DNA of 63,257 bases, the filler included, from Octopus bimaculoides (Eukaryota): assembly GCF_001194135.2 (NCBI RefSeq). It is 4 parts of 3 records of this genome, joined end to end, with 100 filler letters (N's around TTAATTAATTAA, not from the genome) between each part and the next. Parts side by side here need not be neighbours in the genome. Positions count along the whole stretch, not along the records: positions 1 to 27,856 come from NC_068983.1; 3 more parts are not named here. The stretch is one strand, 5' to 3'. Position numbers and translations under genes: made by a program. The notes under the pieces were generated by a model that worked only from the letters and a program-made list of their open reading frames with translations, did no database searches and was not told the origin of the DNA. Below are positions 1 through 15,046 of the stretch, in pieces (position 1 is the first letter of the stretch; every line of letters begins with the position of its first letter).

Positions 1-420
1 TTATTATTATTATTATTATCATTACGCTAATTTAGTTAGCAAGTATTTTATCTTAAGGTCTGGTGACATCAAGGCTCCTCAAATCTCATGAATTGTTTTT
101 GACATTCTTGCAGAGTAAAGGATGGCATTGTCAGCAGGTCGTCAATGAGTTCCAATTTCAAACTGTTTCACTCTTTTAGGTAGTATTTTGGGTGAAAGAA
201 TTGTTGTTTTGGCGTTTGCACATTTTCCTCAGCTCTCTGACTAGATCCTCATTTTTCTTAAATTTTCTCAATTTCCTTGATATCGACTCTGCTATCATAG
301 AGAATTACAAAATCGATAATCTTATACTCTGTGTTTATTTTTGCCCTCTTTAATCATGTTTGGTCTTCTTGCATCAGTGAGTGGTGTGTTCAGTCCGTAT
401 GGCGAGGTCCAACAAAATCT
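1..420 (-). mobile_element. Decayed 3' end of an R4/Dong-type (RLE) non-LTR retrotransposon with (TAA)n tail
   Basis: Minus strand gives the RLE remnant 'TPLTDARRPNMIKEGKNKHRV*DYRF' (RRPD...IID motif) and 'DNAILYSARMSKTI' (LxSARILRK motif). A (TTA)n tract lies at 1-22. Multiple stops and frameshifts. Confidence 0.7.
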
Positions 421-529
421 TATAATTCTCATTTTCTATCGCTAATCGGCGGCTCACTGTACACAAATTACGAGGTGGCAACGCTAAGCAGTGCTGTGTA
501 TAAATGCAAGGTTATTACCAGTTCAAATA

Positions 530-570
530 GCGCTCCTGAAGAGGAGACGACCACTCCGAAATGCTTTCAT
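530..570 (+). ncRNA. Hammerhead-like core remnant (probably from a Penelope-like LTR)
   Basis: CTGAAGA at 536-542, stem II GGAG/CTCC with a 7-nt loop at 543-557, GAAA at 558-561. Stems I and III are not recoverable. Confidence 0.35.
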
Positions 571-999
571 ACCACAGTCTATGTAGTTGTCGCTGCGAGC
601 TCATTTTCGTGTGTTTACAGTATTTGTCTACAGCGAATAATTTACTGCATGACAAAACACAGTGAATGGCTTTCTTACGGGTTCGGACTATTTACTGAGT
701 ATATTTTAACTGTATTCATACACATGGTTGCTTAACGCTGCCATCCTGTATTTTCTATTGTTTTCCTCTTTCTATTCTTCTCAGAAATGATTGCCTCTAG
801 AAATAATAAATATCGAATAGCACCCGACTCAACTGGATTGCCATGGCCATAGTGTGTTTGGCCATAGGTTTGCCCCCTTTTTTATCTTTCATTCAAGAAT
901 GAAGGCAAGGCTCATAATGAAACGTAGGACCTCTGTAACTGAGGAAAAGATAGAAGGAGGGATGGAAGGAAGGAAGGAAGTTATTCTGAAATTGTATAT

Positions 1000-1305
1000 T
1001 GGCAACAAAGTGAACTCCACCATTGGCACCCAGGGTGCCGGAATCATGGGGAGAAGCTCTACCATCCAAATAGGTCATACCAGGATTTGAACTCCAAAAC
1101 GGAAGCAGCCTGAACAAATTCTGCAAGGCATCCAGTCTGACGTTTTTACTGTAGTGCCAATCTACCCAGCCTGGATTGTTACTCATAAAGACCCCGAAAG
1201 AATTTAAAATATTGATGACCGATGACCCCGGCAGAATTTGAACTCGGAGTGCAGAGATTTGGGACAAATACCACAAAGTATGCTTTCACGACTCTGTCAG
1301 TTCAG
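1000..1305 (-). mobile_element. Two degraded family-B SINE fragments
   Basis: Reverse-complement 'gagttcaaatcc' and 'gagttcaaattctgccggggtc' B-box segments, plus a 'ctttcggggtc' body motif shared with intact copies such as 31072-31298. Confidence 0.55.
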
Positions 1306-1665
1306 TAAAATCTGGAGCATACAAAAAGAACATAATTCATCACTATACACGTCATCAGGAGGGAGTTTTAATTGCTTGACATAGCAGCCGAATCTCATTG
1401 TAATGACATCCTACCCCAAAAGATGATGCATGAGATAATGCGTAGATTTTGATATACACAAGTATGGAAAGGCTTTTGACGTATCAAAACCGTTCGATCG
1501 GAGCTGATCTGAAGCTAAACAGTAATAAGATCTGTAACTAGTAAACTCCCATAAAGCCTTTATCTGCACTGTATTACACTAACTCCAATGTTATAACGTA
1601 ATAATTACTAAGATTTTCACAACTCCACGATATTTTTTCATAGGAATCCAGTCCATTAATTGGCA

Positions 1666-2028
1666 TTTATCTTTTATCTTTGACTTGTTTCAATCATTAG
1701 ACTGTGACATTGAAGAATTTTTAGTCAAATGAATCGACCCAGTACTTATTACTAAAGCCTGGTACTTACCACAAAGTTACAGGTGTGTAAACAGAGCAGC
1801 ACCAGTTGTCAAGCAGTGGGGAGGCAAACACACTCAAAAACACACACACAGACGCACACATATACAACGGGCTTCTTTCAGTTTCCATCTATCAAATCCA
1901 CCCACAGGGTTTTGGTCGGCCTGTGGATATAGTAGAAAACACTTGCTGAAGTTGTAATGCGGCGAAACTGAACCCGGAAACATACGGTTGGGAAGTAAAT
2001 TTCTTACTACACAGCCACGCCTGCACCT
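1666..2028 (-). mobile_element. tRNA-derived SINE family A, diverged copy
   Basis: Colinear with 17940-18438: head 'ggctgtgtagtaag', core 'gaaactgaaagaagcccg', internal (CA)n, tail 'gattgaaacaagt'. Confidence 0.8.
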
Positions 2029-2427
2029 GTATCAACGTATATGAAACGAAAAATACAATGGTTGCCCTGTCATTATTTGAACTGGAACTATAAAACAATC
2101 ATAAATGAATGCTACAACAGATTTAAACTGATATTCAACCAGTTGTAACACCGTTACACAGGCCAACATTCAATTCTCAAATATTACATTGTCACGAGAC
2201 TTTTACATCTCAATATCTCAATATTCTATTTATCACCATACATGAAAACTCTATTTCAATGAAACAACAGCAGCAGCAGCAGCTGTGGCAATATATGAAG
2301 TCATGAAATAAGTATTTCTGTTGCTTAAATGTTTTATGTTTTACTGGCTGCTGAGGAATTTTATATTACCACAGTCATTGTCAAATTTATATAGATACAC
2401 ACGCAGACACACACACACACACGCACA

Positions 2428-2470
<43 letters not shown>

Positions 2471-4039
2471 GTATGTATGTATATGAAGAATTTCATTTCG
2501 AAATGAAAAAAAAAACTTGGCAAAAGCAAAATCCCCAAATATGTTCATATTTTTGTTGATTTTTCTGGTATTTTTTATATACTTTATCTACCTATGTTAT
2601 TTTTAGATAACACATTTAAAATTTCGAATTCTCGCAAATTCTTTCTCTCCCCCATTTTTCTTATTGTCCCCTCTCTCCTTCTCTTTCAGCTTTTCTCTTT
2701 CTCTCTTTCTCTCTTTCTCTCTCTCACTTCATTCTCTCTATCTCCGAGATTCCTTTTAATCTTCATGATATTTGCATTGTTTCTGTATATTTTATTCATT
2801 TAATTTGTGCGTGTCATAAAGCAACAGGCAGGCTTCCGGCATGTTGGTGCTGCAAAACTGCTTTTAATACATGACTGAATACAAGATCACACTACTTCTA
2901 TCTTACGTTACTAATGCCCTACGGTGACGATTAAACGTGACGCAGTATCATTTAACTTCCCTATAAATGTGTGCCTAAGTAAGACATCCTTTATCAATTT
3001 TATGCGTGGAATTTGCACCACCTTCAGCTCTAACATTCTTCGTGATATCAAATTCCCACGATTGTTTTAATAAATTCACAAACGTACCTTTTGAAAAGTA
3101 TTGACGTATCATTCACTTCATTTACGCATTACAAAATTACATTTATACATATGACAGAAAACATATTTCTTTTAAATGTATGCTGATTCTTCTTCACCCA
3201 ACAAATTATAGTTTTAAAGATATATTTTATCGAGTTACCATATCATGGGACAACTGACTGAATAGCGATGGTACGTACCAATTGAACGCTGCGGTTCATG
3301 ACAAAGATTTTTCAACTGACTTTTTTTCTAGCTTTAAACTTAATGAATGTTTCATAAGCTTGCTGAGATGAGTCAAGTTGAAGAGGGACAAGCTTCACCA
3401 GAAGTATTTCCCCCATACATATTGCACTGTTTGAAGAGTAGCTCTTTACTGATGCCTTACCCGGAAATAGATAATGGGACATGGCAAATTATTGTTAAAA
3501 ACAAAGTAAATGAAATGTAAAATAATTACCATGAAAGCTTTCCGGAAATTTGCTCCTAAGTTATTCGGTGCTAATATCTTTTGCTCAGTTATATGAAAAG
3601 AAATAGTGACATGCGAAAACTAGTATTGTTACACATGTCAGTCTCTCGCCTGATGCTAATTGGTGGAATGGGATTATTAATGAGAAAGCCTCGTTCATGA
3701 TCAAGTTTCAGCGCAACGCTCTGTTGATTTGACGGTGATCATAAACCCTTGCGTATATAATATTTCTAATTTTGCATTAGGGGCAAGATCAATTGCTTTC
3801 TGCAGAGGGTGAAGAAGACAACTTAATTGACCGACTACTAGTGAAACTTTACAGTATTCAATCAATGATGCGAAGTAATGCAATGTCAGGATTTGATCTC
3901 TAAAAGTCGACCGACGACAGGAAATGCCGTAAGGGATTCACTGCAGCTTTTTATCGTTTCTGATTGTTCCTCGCTACATTCGACATAAACAAATATTGAT
4001 TTGTTTTCGTTGACACGAAGAGAGAAAATTGCAAAGTAA

Positions 4040-4160
4040 GAGTATAATCGATAAAATCGACCCTACTATGTTTTGAGGGGTACTTATTTTATCGATCTCT
4101 AATTGATTTAAAGCAAACTCGATCTTTGCAAGGTTTCAATTCAGAACTTCGAGAGGTAAA
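4040..4160 (-). mobile_element. Degraded family-B SINE fragment
   Basis: Reverse-complement 'tcgataaaataagtacc' and 'gttctgaattg' segments match family B. Confidence 0.45.
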
Positions 4161-5809
4161 AAGAAAAAAATCAAAGACCAGAAAAGCAGCAACTACGACA
4201 TAATTGACTTCTGAAATAACAGGTTATTTCTTTTAACGCCAAGGTTCACAAGTAAACACAATGAAACAAAATGACATTCTACCTATATTTACCTATCACT
4301 AGGTGTAAATATAACAATATATTTACGATACAAGAAAGACAATCCATCAAATTTTTCTGCTTTCAAATTATTTCTCATATATCAATTACTAAAGATTGAG
4401 TGGTGTGTAACTACTACACAGTAAATGAGAAATTTCTGAGAATACAATTTTACTACAGAATTTCCATTCTCCATAGAAAATAAAAACAATTCACATCCTC
4501 GTGTTTCTGGGATCTGTCCTTTCTCCTGTAGCTTCCAGACATTATGTAGAGGAAGGAATTATATNNNNNNNNNNNNNNNNNNNNNNNNNNNNNNNNNNNN
4601 NNNNNNNNNNNNNNNNNNNNNNNNNNNNNNNNNNNNNNNNNNNNNNNNNNNNNNNNNNNNNNNNNNNNNNNNNNNNNNNNNNNNNNNNNNNNNNNNNNNN
4701 NNNNNNNNNNNNNNNNNNNNNNNNNNNNNNNNNNNNNNNNNNNNNNNNNNNNNNNNNNNNNNNNNNNNNNNNNNNNNNNNNNNNNNNNNNNNNNNNNNNN
4801 NNNNNNNNNNNNNNNNNNNNNNNNNNNNNNNNNNNNNNNNNNNNNNNNNNNNNNNNNNNNNNNNNGTGTGTGTATCCGCATCTCTCGATGTGGTTATTCT
4901 AACCAGTGTTCCTTTATATTAAAAAGGGAGTCATTATTTCCATTGTCAGATACCGATACACGTGTATTTGAGGTGATACTTGTCTCGCAGGTAACTTGAT
5001 CTGATAGCATGTATTGGAATTTAAGCAAACTTATTCCTGTGAGAGATATTCTAAATCATTTGAAAGCCCCAAAATATAGCGAAATTCAGTTTTCATTTCT
5101 TACTTGCAGTGATGTCGAAATTTTCATCGCACCAATGCGACCTGGTCTCTAACGCAGCTCCACTGGAACTGTTTAGAACTTTGCTAATGTTGACTTTTTA
5201 TTAGTTTTATTGTTTTATGTCTCTCTCTCTCTCCTTCCCCTCTCTCTTTCATACTTTTCTCTCTCTCCTTTATTTCTCTCTTTCTATCTATCTATCTATC
5301 TATCTCTATCTCTGTCTCTGTCTCTGTCTCTCTCAGCTCGCCCTCTTTTTCTCTCGCTCTCGTGTTGAACTTATGGCCGAATAGGTATGTGGTGTAGCTG
5401 TTATCCGACTTCTTCACATCATTCGTTGTTTGTCGATTCCAATTTCCATTCTTTTGTCTATTTACAACTTTATAGGTATTATTATCATTATCATTATCAT
5501 GTTCCACTTCTTTCTTCTTTCACTTCTCTTCCTACGTTTCTCTTTTATATTTCTTATCTCCTCCACTTGTCTTGATGGATATCTGAAATTATGCATATTC
5601 CGTTCGCTATGTATAGATATAAGATATTTTTTGATACATCTTTATTGCCGCATAAGTCTTTAGAAATTAGATTTTTGCTATATAGATTAAATTCATTTTA
5701 ACCATGTGGTATAAAAAGTAGGGAGATAAATGCTTATAAAGAATTAATATTGATGAATCTATCTGCGCAAAATCACACTTGCCTATGCATACGCACATAT
5801 GCATACACA

Positions 5810-6345
<536 letters not shown>

Positions 6346-8772
6346 GCTTACTTACTAACGTACTTGCATACACAAATTTATATGCGTTTGGAACCAATCA
6401 CAACAATTTCGGTTCCAATAAATTTGCTTATCAGTTGTTTATGCGATTTATTGTCAAATTTGAAGTTGTAAGTAATTTGTTGTAGTCTTAAGCCGGATAT
6501 GACCGATATTTCTCAATTGCAGCTCTAATGTCGTAAATATCTCATGAGTGTGGCTTAATTTGTCGAACCAAAACCAGCGTTCTCTACAGAACTTTTCGAC
6601 AAAAGTTTCATTATGGCATCTACCTAACTTGGATCTTGTGGTACAGTAGCCACCAGATTATGGTTTGACATATATTCCTAACTATCTGTCTGAGCTTGAA
6701 TAGGCTTAGTTTACCAACATCGTCAATATGAAATACAATTTCACTTTTACAAATCAGTTTCACGCGTTTTTTTTTTTTCAAGAGTAGGGTCTGCGAGAAC
6801 AGATGGATAAAGCAACGTCCATATTGACTATAACGTAGTTAGTGAGACGGCTAAACTGATCCACTGTGATGATGAAACATTTAGAGCAATCAAATCTATT
6901 TCCTAATATCTTTGTTATTGGATGTAATATTTCTTCGAAAATCAATGATATTTCTATCTGCCGTATCTGTTCTGGATATTTGTATTCTGAAATCAAATTC
7001 CACCACCTAGATAGTATCCTATCAATAGTAAGGTCATTGCAGAATACTACCGTGTAGCCAAATGGGAAATAGAGACGATTGAATGAAAGTAATATATTCT
7101 GTTTTAGTTTCTAAGAGCCCTGTGTAGCCGAAGTATACCGTAATATTTCCAATATATATGTGTGCATATCTATCTATCTATATATAGATATATAGATAGA
7201 TAGATATGCACTCTTATTTTTACTGGTTCATTTGGTCTTCGTCTTCGCTAATCGTGCCATGCGGACATTTATTGTGGTTTTAGAGTCAGGATTTGACTGC
7301 TATTTTTTCAGCGTGGTGGTATCTCTTGATACCCTGTATGATAATTTTAAATAATTATTGCCTTTGATGGTTTTTATTCCCTTGCTGACCACTTGATAAG
7401 ATCAATATTTTAAATATCGATCTTATCCTTATTTATATAAATATATATAGATATATGTGGTTTGGAATCAGTAGTTCTTTGACTGCTATTTCTAAATTTT
7501 CAGTATGTTGGAGAAGCAACTCAAGCTAATCCCTGTATATTTATGATGATAAATAGTTTTACCGATAAAGATTTTTTCATACTGAACTATTTGGCAAAAT
7601 TGTTAATTATTAATTCTATTACTAATTGACGATTCCCTGCCCTTATTCCTGTATATTATATATATNNNNNNNNNNNNNNNNNNNNNNNNNNNNNNNNNNN
7701 NNNNNNNNNNNNNNNNNNNNNNNNNNNNNNNNNNNNNNNNNNNNNNNNNNNNNNNNNNNNNNNNNNNNNNNNNNNNNNNNNNNNNNNNNNNNNNNNNNNN
7801 NNNNNNNNNNNNNNNNNNNNNNNNNNNNNNNNNNNNNNNNNNNNNNNNNNNNNNNNNNNNNNNNNNNNNNNNNNNNNNNNNNNNNNNNNNNNNNNNNNNN
7901 NNNNNNNNNNNNNNNNNNNNNNNNNNNNNNNNNNNNNNNNNNNNNNNNNNNNNNNNNNNNNNNNNNNNNNNNNNNNNNNNNNNNNNNNNNNNNNNNNNNN
8001 NNNNNNNNNNNNNNNNNNNNNNNNNNNNNNNNNNNNNNNNNNNNNNNNNNNNNNNNNNNNNNNNNNNNNNNNNNNNNNNNNNNNNNNNNNNNNNNNNNNN
8101 NNNNNNNNNNNNNNNNNNNNNNNNNNNNNNNNNNNNNNNNNNNNNNNNNNNNNNNNNNNNNNNNNNNNNNNNNNNNNNNNNNNNNNNNNNNNNNNNNNNN
8201 NNNNNNNNNNNNNNNNNNNNNNNNNNNNNNNNNNNNNNNNNNNNNNNNNNNNNNNNNNNNNNNNNNNNNNNNNNNNNNNNNNNNNNNNNNNNNNNNNNNN
8301 NNNNNNNNNNNNNNNNNNNNNNNNNNNNNNNNNNNNNNNNNNNNNNNNNNNNNNNNNNNNNNNNNNNNNNNNNNNNNNNNNNNNNNNNNNNNNNNNNNNN
8401 NNNNNNNNNNNNNNNNNNNNNNNNNNNNNNNNNNNNNNNNNNNNNNNNNNNNNNNNNNNNNNNNNNNNNNNNNNNNNNNNNNNNNNNNNNNNNNNNNNNN
8501 NNNNNNNNNNNNNNNNNNNNNNNNNNNNNNNNNNNNNNNNNNNNNNNNNNNNNNNNNNNNNNNNNNNNTTAACGTTGCGTCCTGCCCGAAGCTCGTCGAA
8601 ACGCCGGTGTTAAAACGTGGGTAGCTGACGAAGTAGAATGTTCTCTATGTGGCTCGTGTGTTCTCGTCTACGTTGTTTGCAATGTCCTGTACCCAGATAT
8701 GCACCTATACATACAGGTGGATGTCGGTATGCACATACCTGTACGTATATATGCATATACTCATTTACTTTT

Positions 8773-8812
<40 letters not shown>

Positions 8813-9590
8813 GACAATACAAAGGGCAACACAGGAGGAACGATTTTAACAAATATGGTATTAACTTAGCGCTTAATCAGAAAGGCAAAGTGTTTTAACG
8901 TTTTGGATATTAGTTCTTCATCAAAGGAAGAATGAGAAAAGCATACGTGTAACGAGAAAAAGAAATAGTTAGTAACAAAACAGACGATTGGTTAGAAACA
9001 AAGTAGGAACGTTGTTCTGTGGTTGAGCTCATAAGGAAGGAAAGAAGCAAAGTTCAGAAAGAAGAATACATATATGGCAGTTTATACGGGTATATGTCTG
9101 AAAGCTGGTATGAATGAGATGGGGGGGGGGTATTTTTGTGATCGTATAGGAACATTGCTTAGCGCAGTACAGTTGAATATATGCGTGTGCGTGGGGCGGG
9201 GTGTCTGTGTGTGTGTGTGTGTAGAATGTTGCTTCCATAAAACGTCGACCTTTTGGAATACTTCTCCCTTCCATGCGTTTGGTTGCTACGGTTAACTTAC
9301 AAATATTTCAAGCAGGCAATAACATCACTTATCATCTCGTTTTCGGACTGCAATCAACAGCAATAGGCAGAATATTTCTTCCCTCCTTCCAGATTGAAAT
9401 TTAAAGAAAATTATATTGCAATGTCGGACAATACATAGTGATTCAATCTTACACTGAAGGTGTTTTATCTAACTTACCAAAAACATAACAGCATGGGTTT
9501 CATAACCTTCTGTCAGTCTTTCCCCCGAAGCAGGCATGTATGTGTGTGTACATATCTGTATATACATGTGTGTGTGTATATATGTATACG

Positions 9591-9674
<84 letters not shown>

Positions 9675-9677
9675 TGT

Positions 9678-9889
9678 GTCTGTGTTTGTCCTCACCCCCC
9701 AACATCGCTTGACAACCGATGCTAGTGTGTTCACATCCCTGTAACTTAGCGATTCGGCAAAAGAGACTGATAGAATAAGTACTAGGCTTACATAGAATAA
9801 GTCCTGGGATTGATTTGCTCGACTAAAGGCGGTGCTCCAGCATGGCCGCAGTCAAATGACTGAAACAAGTAAAAGAGAGTAAAAGAGTA
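9678..9889 (+). mobile_element. SINE family A, 3' half only, following (TG)n
   Basis: 'catcgcttgacaaccgatgctagtgtg...gactgaaacaagtaaaagagagtaaaagag' matches 18230-18438. No tRNA head lies upstream of the microsatellite. Confidence 0.9.
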
Positions 9890-9913
9890 TATATTTACAC
9901 ATCCATATATATG

Positions 9914-9956
<43 letters not shown>

Positions 9957-10399
9957 TATCATATCATATCATATTATATTATATTATATAACATAAACGT
10001 ACTGAAGTGGAAATCAATCAAAAGTACTAAAATAAAATATATATTTCAAAAGTTGAAATTAATTATGCTTGCGTGTGATAAACGCATGTATTGTAAAACC
10101 AAGTGTATTTACGACATTACCAAAGCTCAAGGGAGATATTTGCCAGAAGTTGATTCGTTTATGCAATACTATTATGTTTAAAAAATCTACGAAAATGACA
10201 CAATAAACTTAATGCAATGTTCGAACAATAATATAGAATGCGATTCAGAAGTCCCATTAGCATTTGAATTATATATAATGTTCTGCTATATAATTTGTTA
10301 TCATTTCTATTTTAAATATATTTTTTATATACTGGCTTTGGTCTTTTGTTATGAATATCCCTTTTATATATGGTCTGACGAAAATATATTTATCATATA

Positions 10400-10561
10400 G
10401 GCGCAGGTGTGGCTTTGTGGTAAGAAGCTTGCTTCTCAACCACATGATTCTAGGTTCAGTCCCACTGCATGGTACCTTGAGAAGTGTCTTGTACTAAAGC
10501 GTAGGGCCGACTAAATCCTTGTGAGTAGATTTGATAGATGAAAACTAGAAGCCCGTCGTGA

Positions 10562-10593
<32 letters not shown>

Positions 10594-10697
10594 CTGTGTT
10601 TGTTGCCCCGCCACCGCTTGACAACCGATGTTGGTGTGCTTATGTCTCCGTAACTTAGCGGTTCAGCAAAAGACACCAAAGAATAAGTACTTGGCTC
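10400..10697 (+). mobile_element. SINE family A copy (3' tail truncated)
   Basis: Head 'ggcgcaggtgtggctttgtggtaag', B-box 'ggttcagtccc', internal (TG)n, 'cgcttgacaaccgatgttggtgtg'. Confidence 0.9.
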
Positions 10698-12507
10698 ATT
10701 CTATAATAATAGAATAATAAAATAATAAAACAGGACATAACAACAGATGTCTTTCGACTAAGGACAAATTAAATTTAGCTAGCGTGTGTGGAAATAAGGC
10801 CTTATAGCAGGAATACAAGATTTCACAGTCACAGGGAGGAATAACGATGTTGCACGCACAACGGCCTGCCAAAAAGAGAAAGATCACGCTTAGCCGAACA
10901 CCGGTCTCTTTCATTCTTTTGTTGTCTTACCATTTCTATCAATATATATATATACATATATTGAGCCAGAAACGACTGTCCTCTTGCCTCCCGACAATAA
11001 GCCTATCCTTTTCTATAAATATATAAACGCATATCTGTATGCACAAATTATTTATGTATGAATATATGTATGTGTATGTATAATACATATACTATTTTTA
11101 AAATTCGATGTAATGTCGCATTTGTAAGAGAAATGTGCCTATAAAAACAATGTGTATTGTATTCCCTTCATCAGTGCGATCAGCAGAAATTCGAAACGTT
11201 AAATTTCGAGCAAAAATATCTGAACTGTAGACATGTTTATATGAGAACTGAGTACCTGGTGATTTGCTTCCTATCGATAGCGAGTGTAGCCCTACGTATG
11301 GAGTTGAACTTGGGGAATTTTCTGTTTTTTATTTATTTTTTATATTTTGCTTTCTGTGTATTTATCTCACATTGGGAAAATTTATTAAGAATAAAAAATA
11401 TGTGTATATTTTCCTTTAATATGTATGCCCTGATTATGTTCTACTGTTCATATGTATGTATGTATATATATGTGTGTGTGTGTGTGTGTGTTTATATAGA
11501 TATGTGTATGTGTGTTTATATATGTATGTATATATATATATATATATACATATATAAACATATATNNNNNNNNNNNNNNNNNNNNNNNNNNNNNNNNNNN
11601 NNNNNNNNNNNNNATATATATATATATATATATACATATGTATATATATACGCACACATTTACATATACATATATACATATTTTCTATGCATATTGACCC
11701 ATTGTAAAATCATTCGATATAATAAATGCAATCAGAAACAATTATTCTACGTTCATTGATGTGCGTTTATTCTATTAAAACGTAATCACTGAGCCGATCC
11801 AATAGCTAATCATTTCTTGCACGATTAAACTACTAAAATACTTGATCAGGTAGATTAATGATTACAACTTCGATCTCAATGTTTTTTATTGTTTATGTTA
11901 TTTAGTTTTGTGTTAGTTTCTTCGTTCGTTTCCGTTTTCTTTATATTTTCTAGTTTTTCACTCGAGGTGTTCTATACATTGAACTGCGAGATGTTAAGCC
12001 TTCGACTTTAATTTATCCAATGCACACGTGTAGTTAACTGACTCGCGTAACACCTCTGAAGTTGAATACGAAAAAACAAAGCGCAAAACAGATATTATTA
12101 TATCTGTTTTGAGTTTTTTTAGTATTGTTTCATACATTCTATTCAAGGAAAAATATCTACTTCCACAAAAAGGGACTGTAGTGATATTTCTTTACTAATT
12201 ATATACCCATATATGTGATACACGATGAGCCGTAGAAATATTCACCAGTAACGTACAAGACACACGGACATCCGCAGAGAAGTTCTCGAAGAAATACTTC
12301 CACTGACATGCACAGTGAAAGATGTGCACAAGTAAATATGATAGATAACGTGGAAATGTCCGTATAGCTATGAGCATGCATTAGGTAGAAGTGAAATAAA
12401 TATGAACAACTGAATACATGCATTTACATAATGAAGGGTTAAAAATATTTTATTATGTCAATGCACAGACACTTTACACATGTATATATATATTATATAC
12501 GTAAAGT

Positions 12508-12577
<70 letters not shown>

Positions 12578-13339
12578 GAACATACACANNNNNNNNNNNN
12601 NNNNNNNNNNNNNNNNNNNNNNNNNNTATATATACACGCATATATACTATGAAAGCAGAAAAAAAAAATTTCACATCTAGCTCATACTCTAATTGTGCTC
12701 AACAATTGTTCCATTAAGATAAACATCATAGATGTAAAACTATATAATCGTGGTACAAAGTTAATCATTTTAATTAAATCAAAAAGCTATGTTTAGCAAA
12801 ACCAACAGGAATATTTATTCTAAATATGTTGCTCTGAAAGATTATTTTAGCCTGTTTCTACAGAATCGCCTCTCTTGGAATCTGATTAGACAGCTAAGCA
12901 GTTAGAAAAGGACCAACCAAACGTTCTATGCTAACAATACTGTCCTTATAGCTTTGGTTTACTTGAAGGGAAAATTTCTTGTCCACTTTAAACCGTCATG
13001 AAAAAGCCTTTACAAGTTGAAATATGTGTACATATATTTATATCCAAACCTTGGAATAAAACATGTGCAATTGTTTATATACATAAATTTAGAATGCTTA
13101 ACTGGATTTGAAACTTCACTCTATACTTTATATTGTTCATTAGTTATGCATCTGCAATTTCCGAAGAAAGAGTAAACAATCATACTACACAGCTACTAAG
13201 TGAACGATGCAAAAAAATAAACAATAAATTAATTATTAGAAAATTTCTATATTAGGGATTAAACATATAGAAGTTGATCCATACTATTACTAGTATTCGG
13301 ACACACGTCACACTCAGAATTGTGAGTATGTGTATGTGT

Positions 13340-13363
13340 GTGCCTGTGTGTGTGCGTGCGTGC

Positions 13364-13452
<89 letters not shown>
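13340..13452. repeat. (TG)n microsatellite
   Basis: Seen directly. Confidence 0.98.
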
Positions 13453-13454
<2 letters not shown>

Positions 13455-14305
13455 CAGACCTTGAAATTACTTCCAATACATATGTACATCCATACATTTG
13501 TGTGTATGTGTACATTTATCTTAACCGAAGGATTACTAAGACAGGTTTTCGATCAAGTACTCAATACCATTCTTAATAGTTTTACGAGAACACATTTATA
13601 AGTGTTCTGTGAGATTCTGTGAGATCCTGTGATCTATATGTCTTTCTCAGAAATATTAGCTTTGTATTAAATGAAATGTTTATGATCGATAATCGACTCT
13701 CGATCGATGTCTAGTTTAGCCAAGAGCTGACCTCTCGCTTTGTAGCGCGCGCTCTAGTATAAACAAATATTAATGTATTTTGATTGGATATAAGTGGTGT
13801 ATATTTTAAAAGAGATGTAACCGTGAGTTCGTGATGTGCATGCTTGTCTAAAAAAATATGGACGGCTGAAAAGCAATGACACGGCCTTAATCGGGGATTG
13901 ACTTGTTTAGCTGCATGCTTATTGCTTGTTCCATAGCTCACATACTAGAATTCATTGAAAGAAAATAGAATAAAATATCGAAAGAAATAAAATAATATAT
14001 CAAATATAATTTGACCAGAAGCTAAGTAAATAAGAGAGAGTTGTTACAGGAGACTAATGATAATGGTTTTTTTAAAACTAGAAACAACACAAAAATGTGA
14101 AAACAAAACAAAGGCTGAACGAACTGCTTTAAATTAGACGTTTATTGATCTTACTTACAGTAATAAGGAAGCCAAAGATATTCTATCTTGGCATCAATAA
14201 CACATACGGTAACAGTGCTCCAAAAATGGAGAGAAGAAAAACCAAATAGATATCCTTTTTATACAAATTTGCTAAATTAATACAAATGGCTTACAAAGTA
14301 GACAC

Positions 14306-14355
<50 letters not shown>

Positions 14356-14792
14356 GTAGGTATGTATGTATGTATGTATGTATGTATGTATGAATGTATG
14401 TATACATATAGAAAGCTATAAAAAGAGGGCAATTTTGTTGTTAATGTTTTTGCTCAGTGTTCTTGTTATTAATTTTAGCTTTCTTGTCCGTTTGGTTTTG
14501 ATTATTTGTGTGTTTGGTTTTTCTTTTTTGCTATTGTTGTTCGTGGTGTTGGTAATTTTTTTGTATTTTTCCTTCTTTGGTATTGCTTTATTTTGGTTGG
14601 ACTGGGTATTTTTTTTTTTCGTCCATGATTTCAGTAAATTACTAACTAAATTGTTTGATTAGTTGACGAAGATCGTTTCTCTTCTGCATTTTTGTTTTGC
14701 TTCTTTCTTACTCCCTCTCTCTTTCTCTCTCCCCCACACGCACACACACTCGTACAAATGCACATACTCTAATGTAGACACGCTGTCTCCTG

Positions 14793-14834
<42 letters not shown>

Positions 14835-14990
14835 NNNNNNNNNNNNNNNNNNNNNNNNNNNNNNNNNNNNNNNNNNNNNNNNNNNNNNNNNNNNNNNNNN
14901 NNNNNNNNNNNNNNNNNNNNNNNNNNNNNNNNNNNNNNNNNNNNNNNNNNNNNNNNNNNNNNNNNNNNNNNNNNNNNNNNNNNNNNNNNN

Positions 14991-15046
<56 letters not shown>

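Noticed and set aside
1440-1490. 'VDFDIHKYGKAFDVS' resembling the LINE RT motif D..Y.DF.KAFD
   Set aside because: Too short, with no flanking support.
4950-4990. Possible 41-nt exon (AG...CAG|GTAACT) reading 'TDTRVFEVILVSQ'
   Set aside because: No recognisable protein and no partner exons; such sites arise by chance.
6480-7100. Unique stretch with GPCR-like ('IFLTICLSLNRL', plus strand) and RT-like ('YFPFG...CSKC', minus strand) hints
   Set aside because: The signals conflict on opposite strands and there are many stops; it cannot be assigned without a profile search.
8569-8640. GAAAC and CTGACGA motifs suggesting a hammerhead beside a gap
   Set aside because: No consistent stems or UH triplet could be folded; possibly a PLE LTR remnant.
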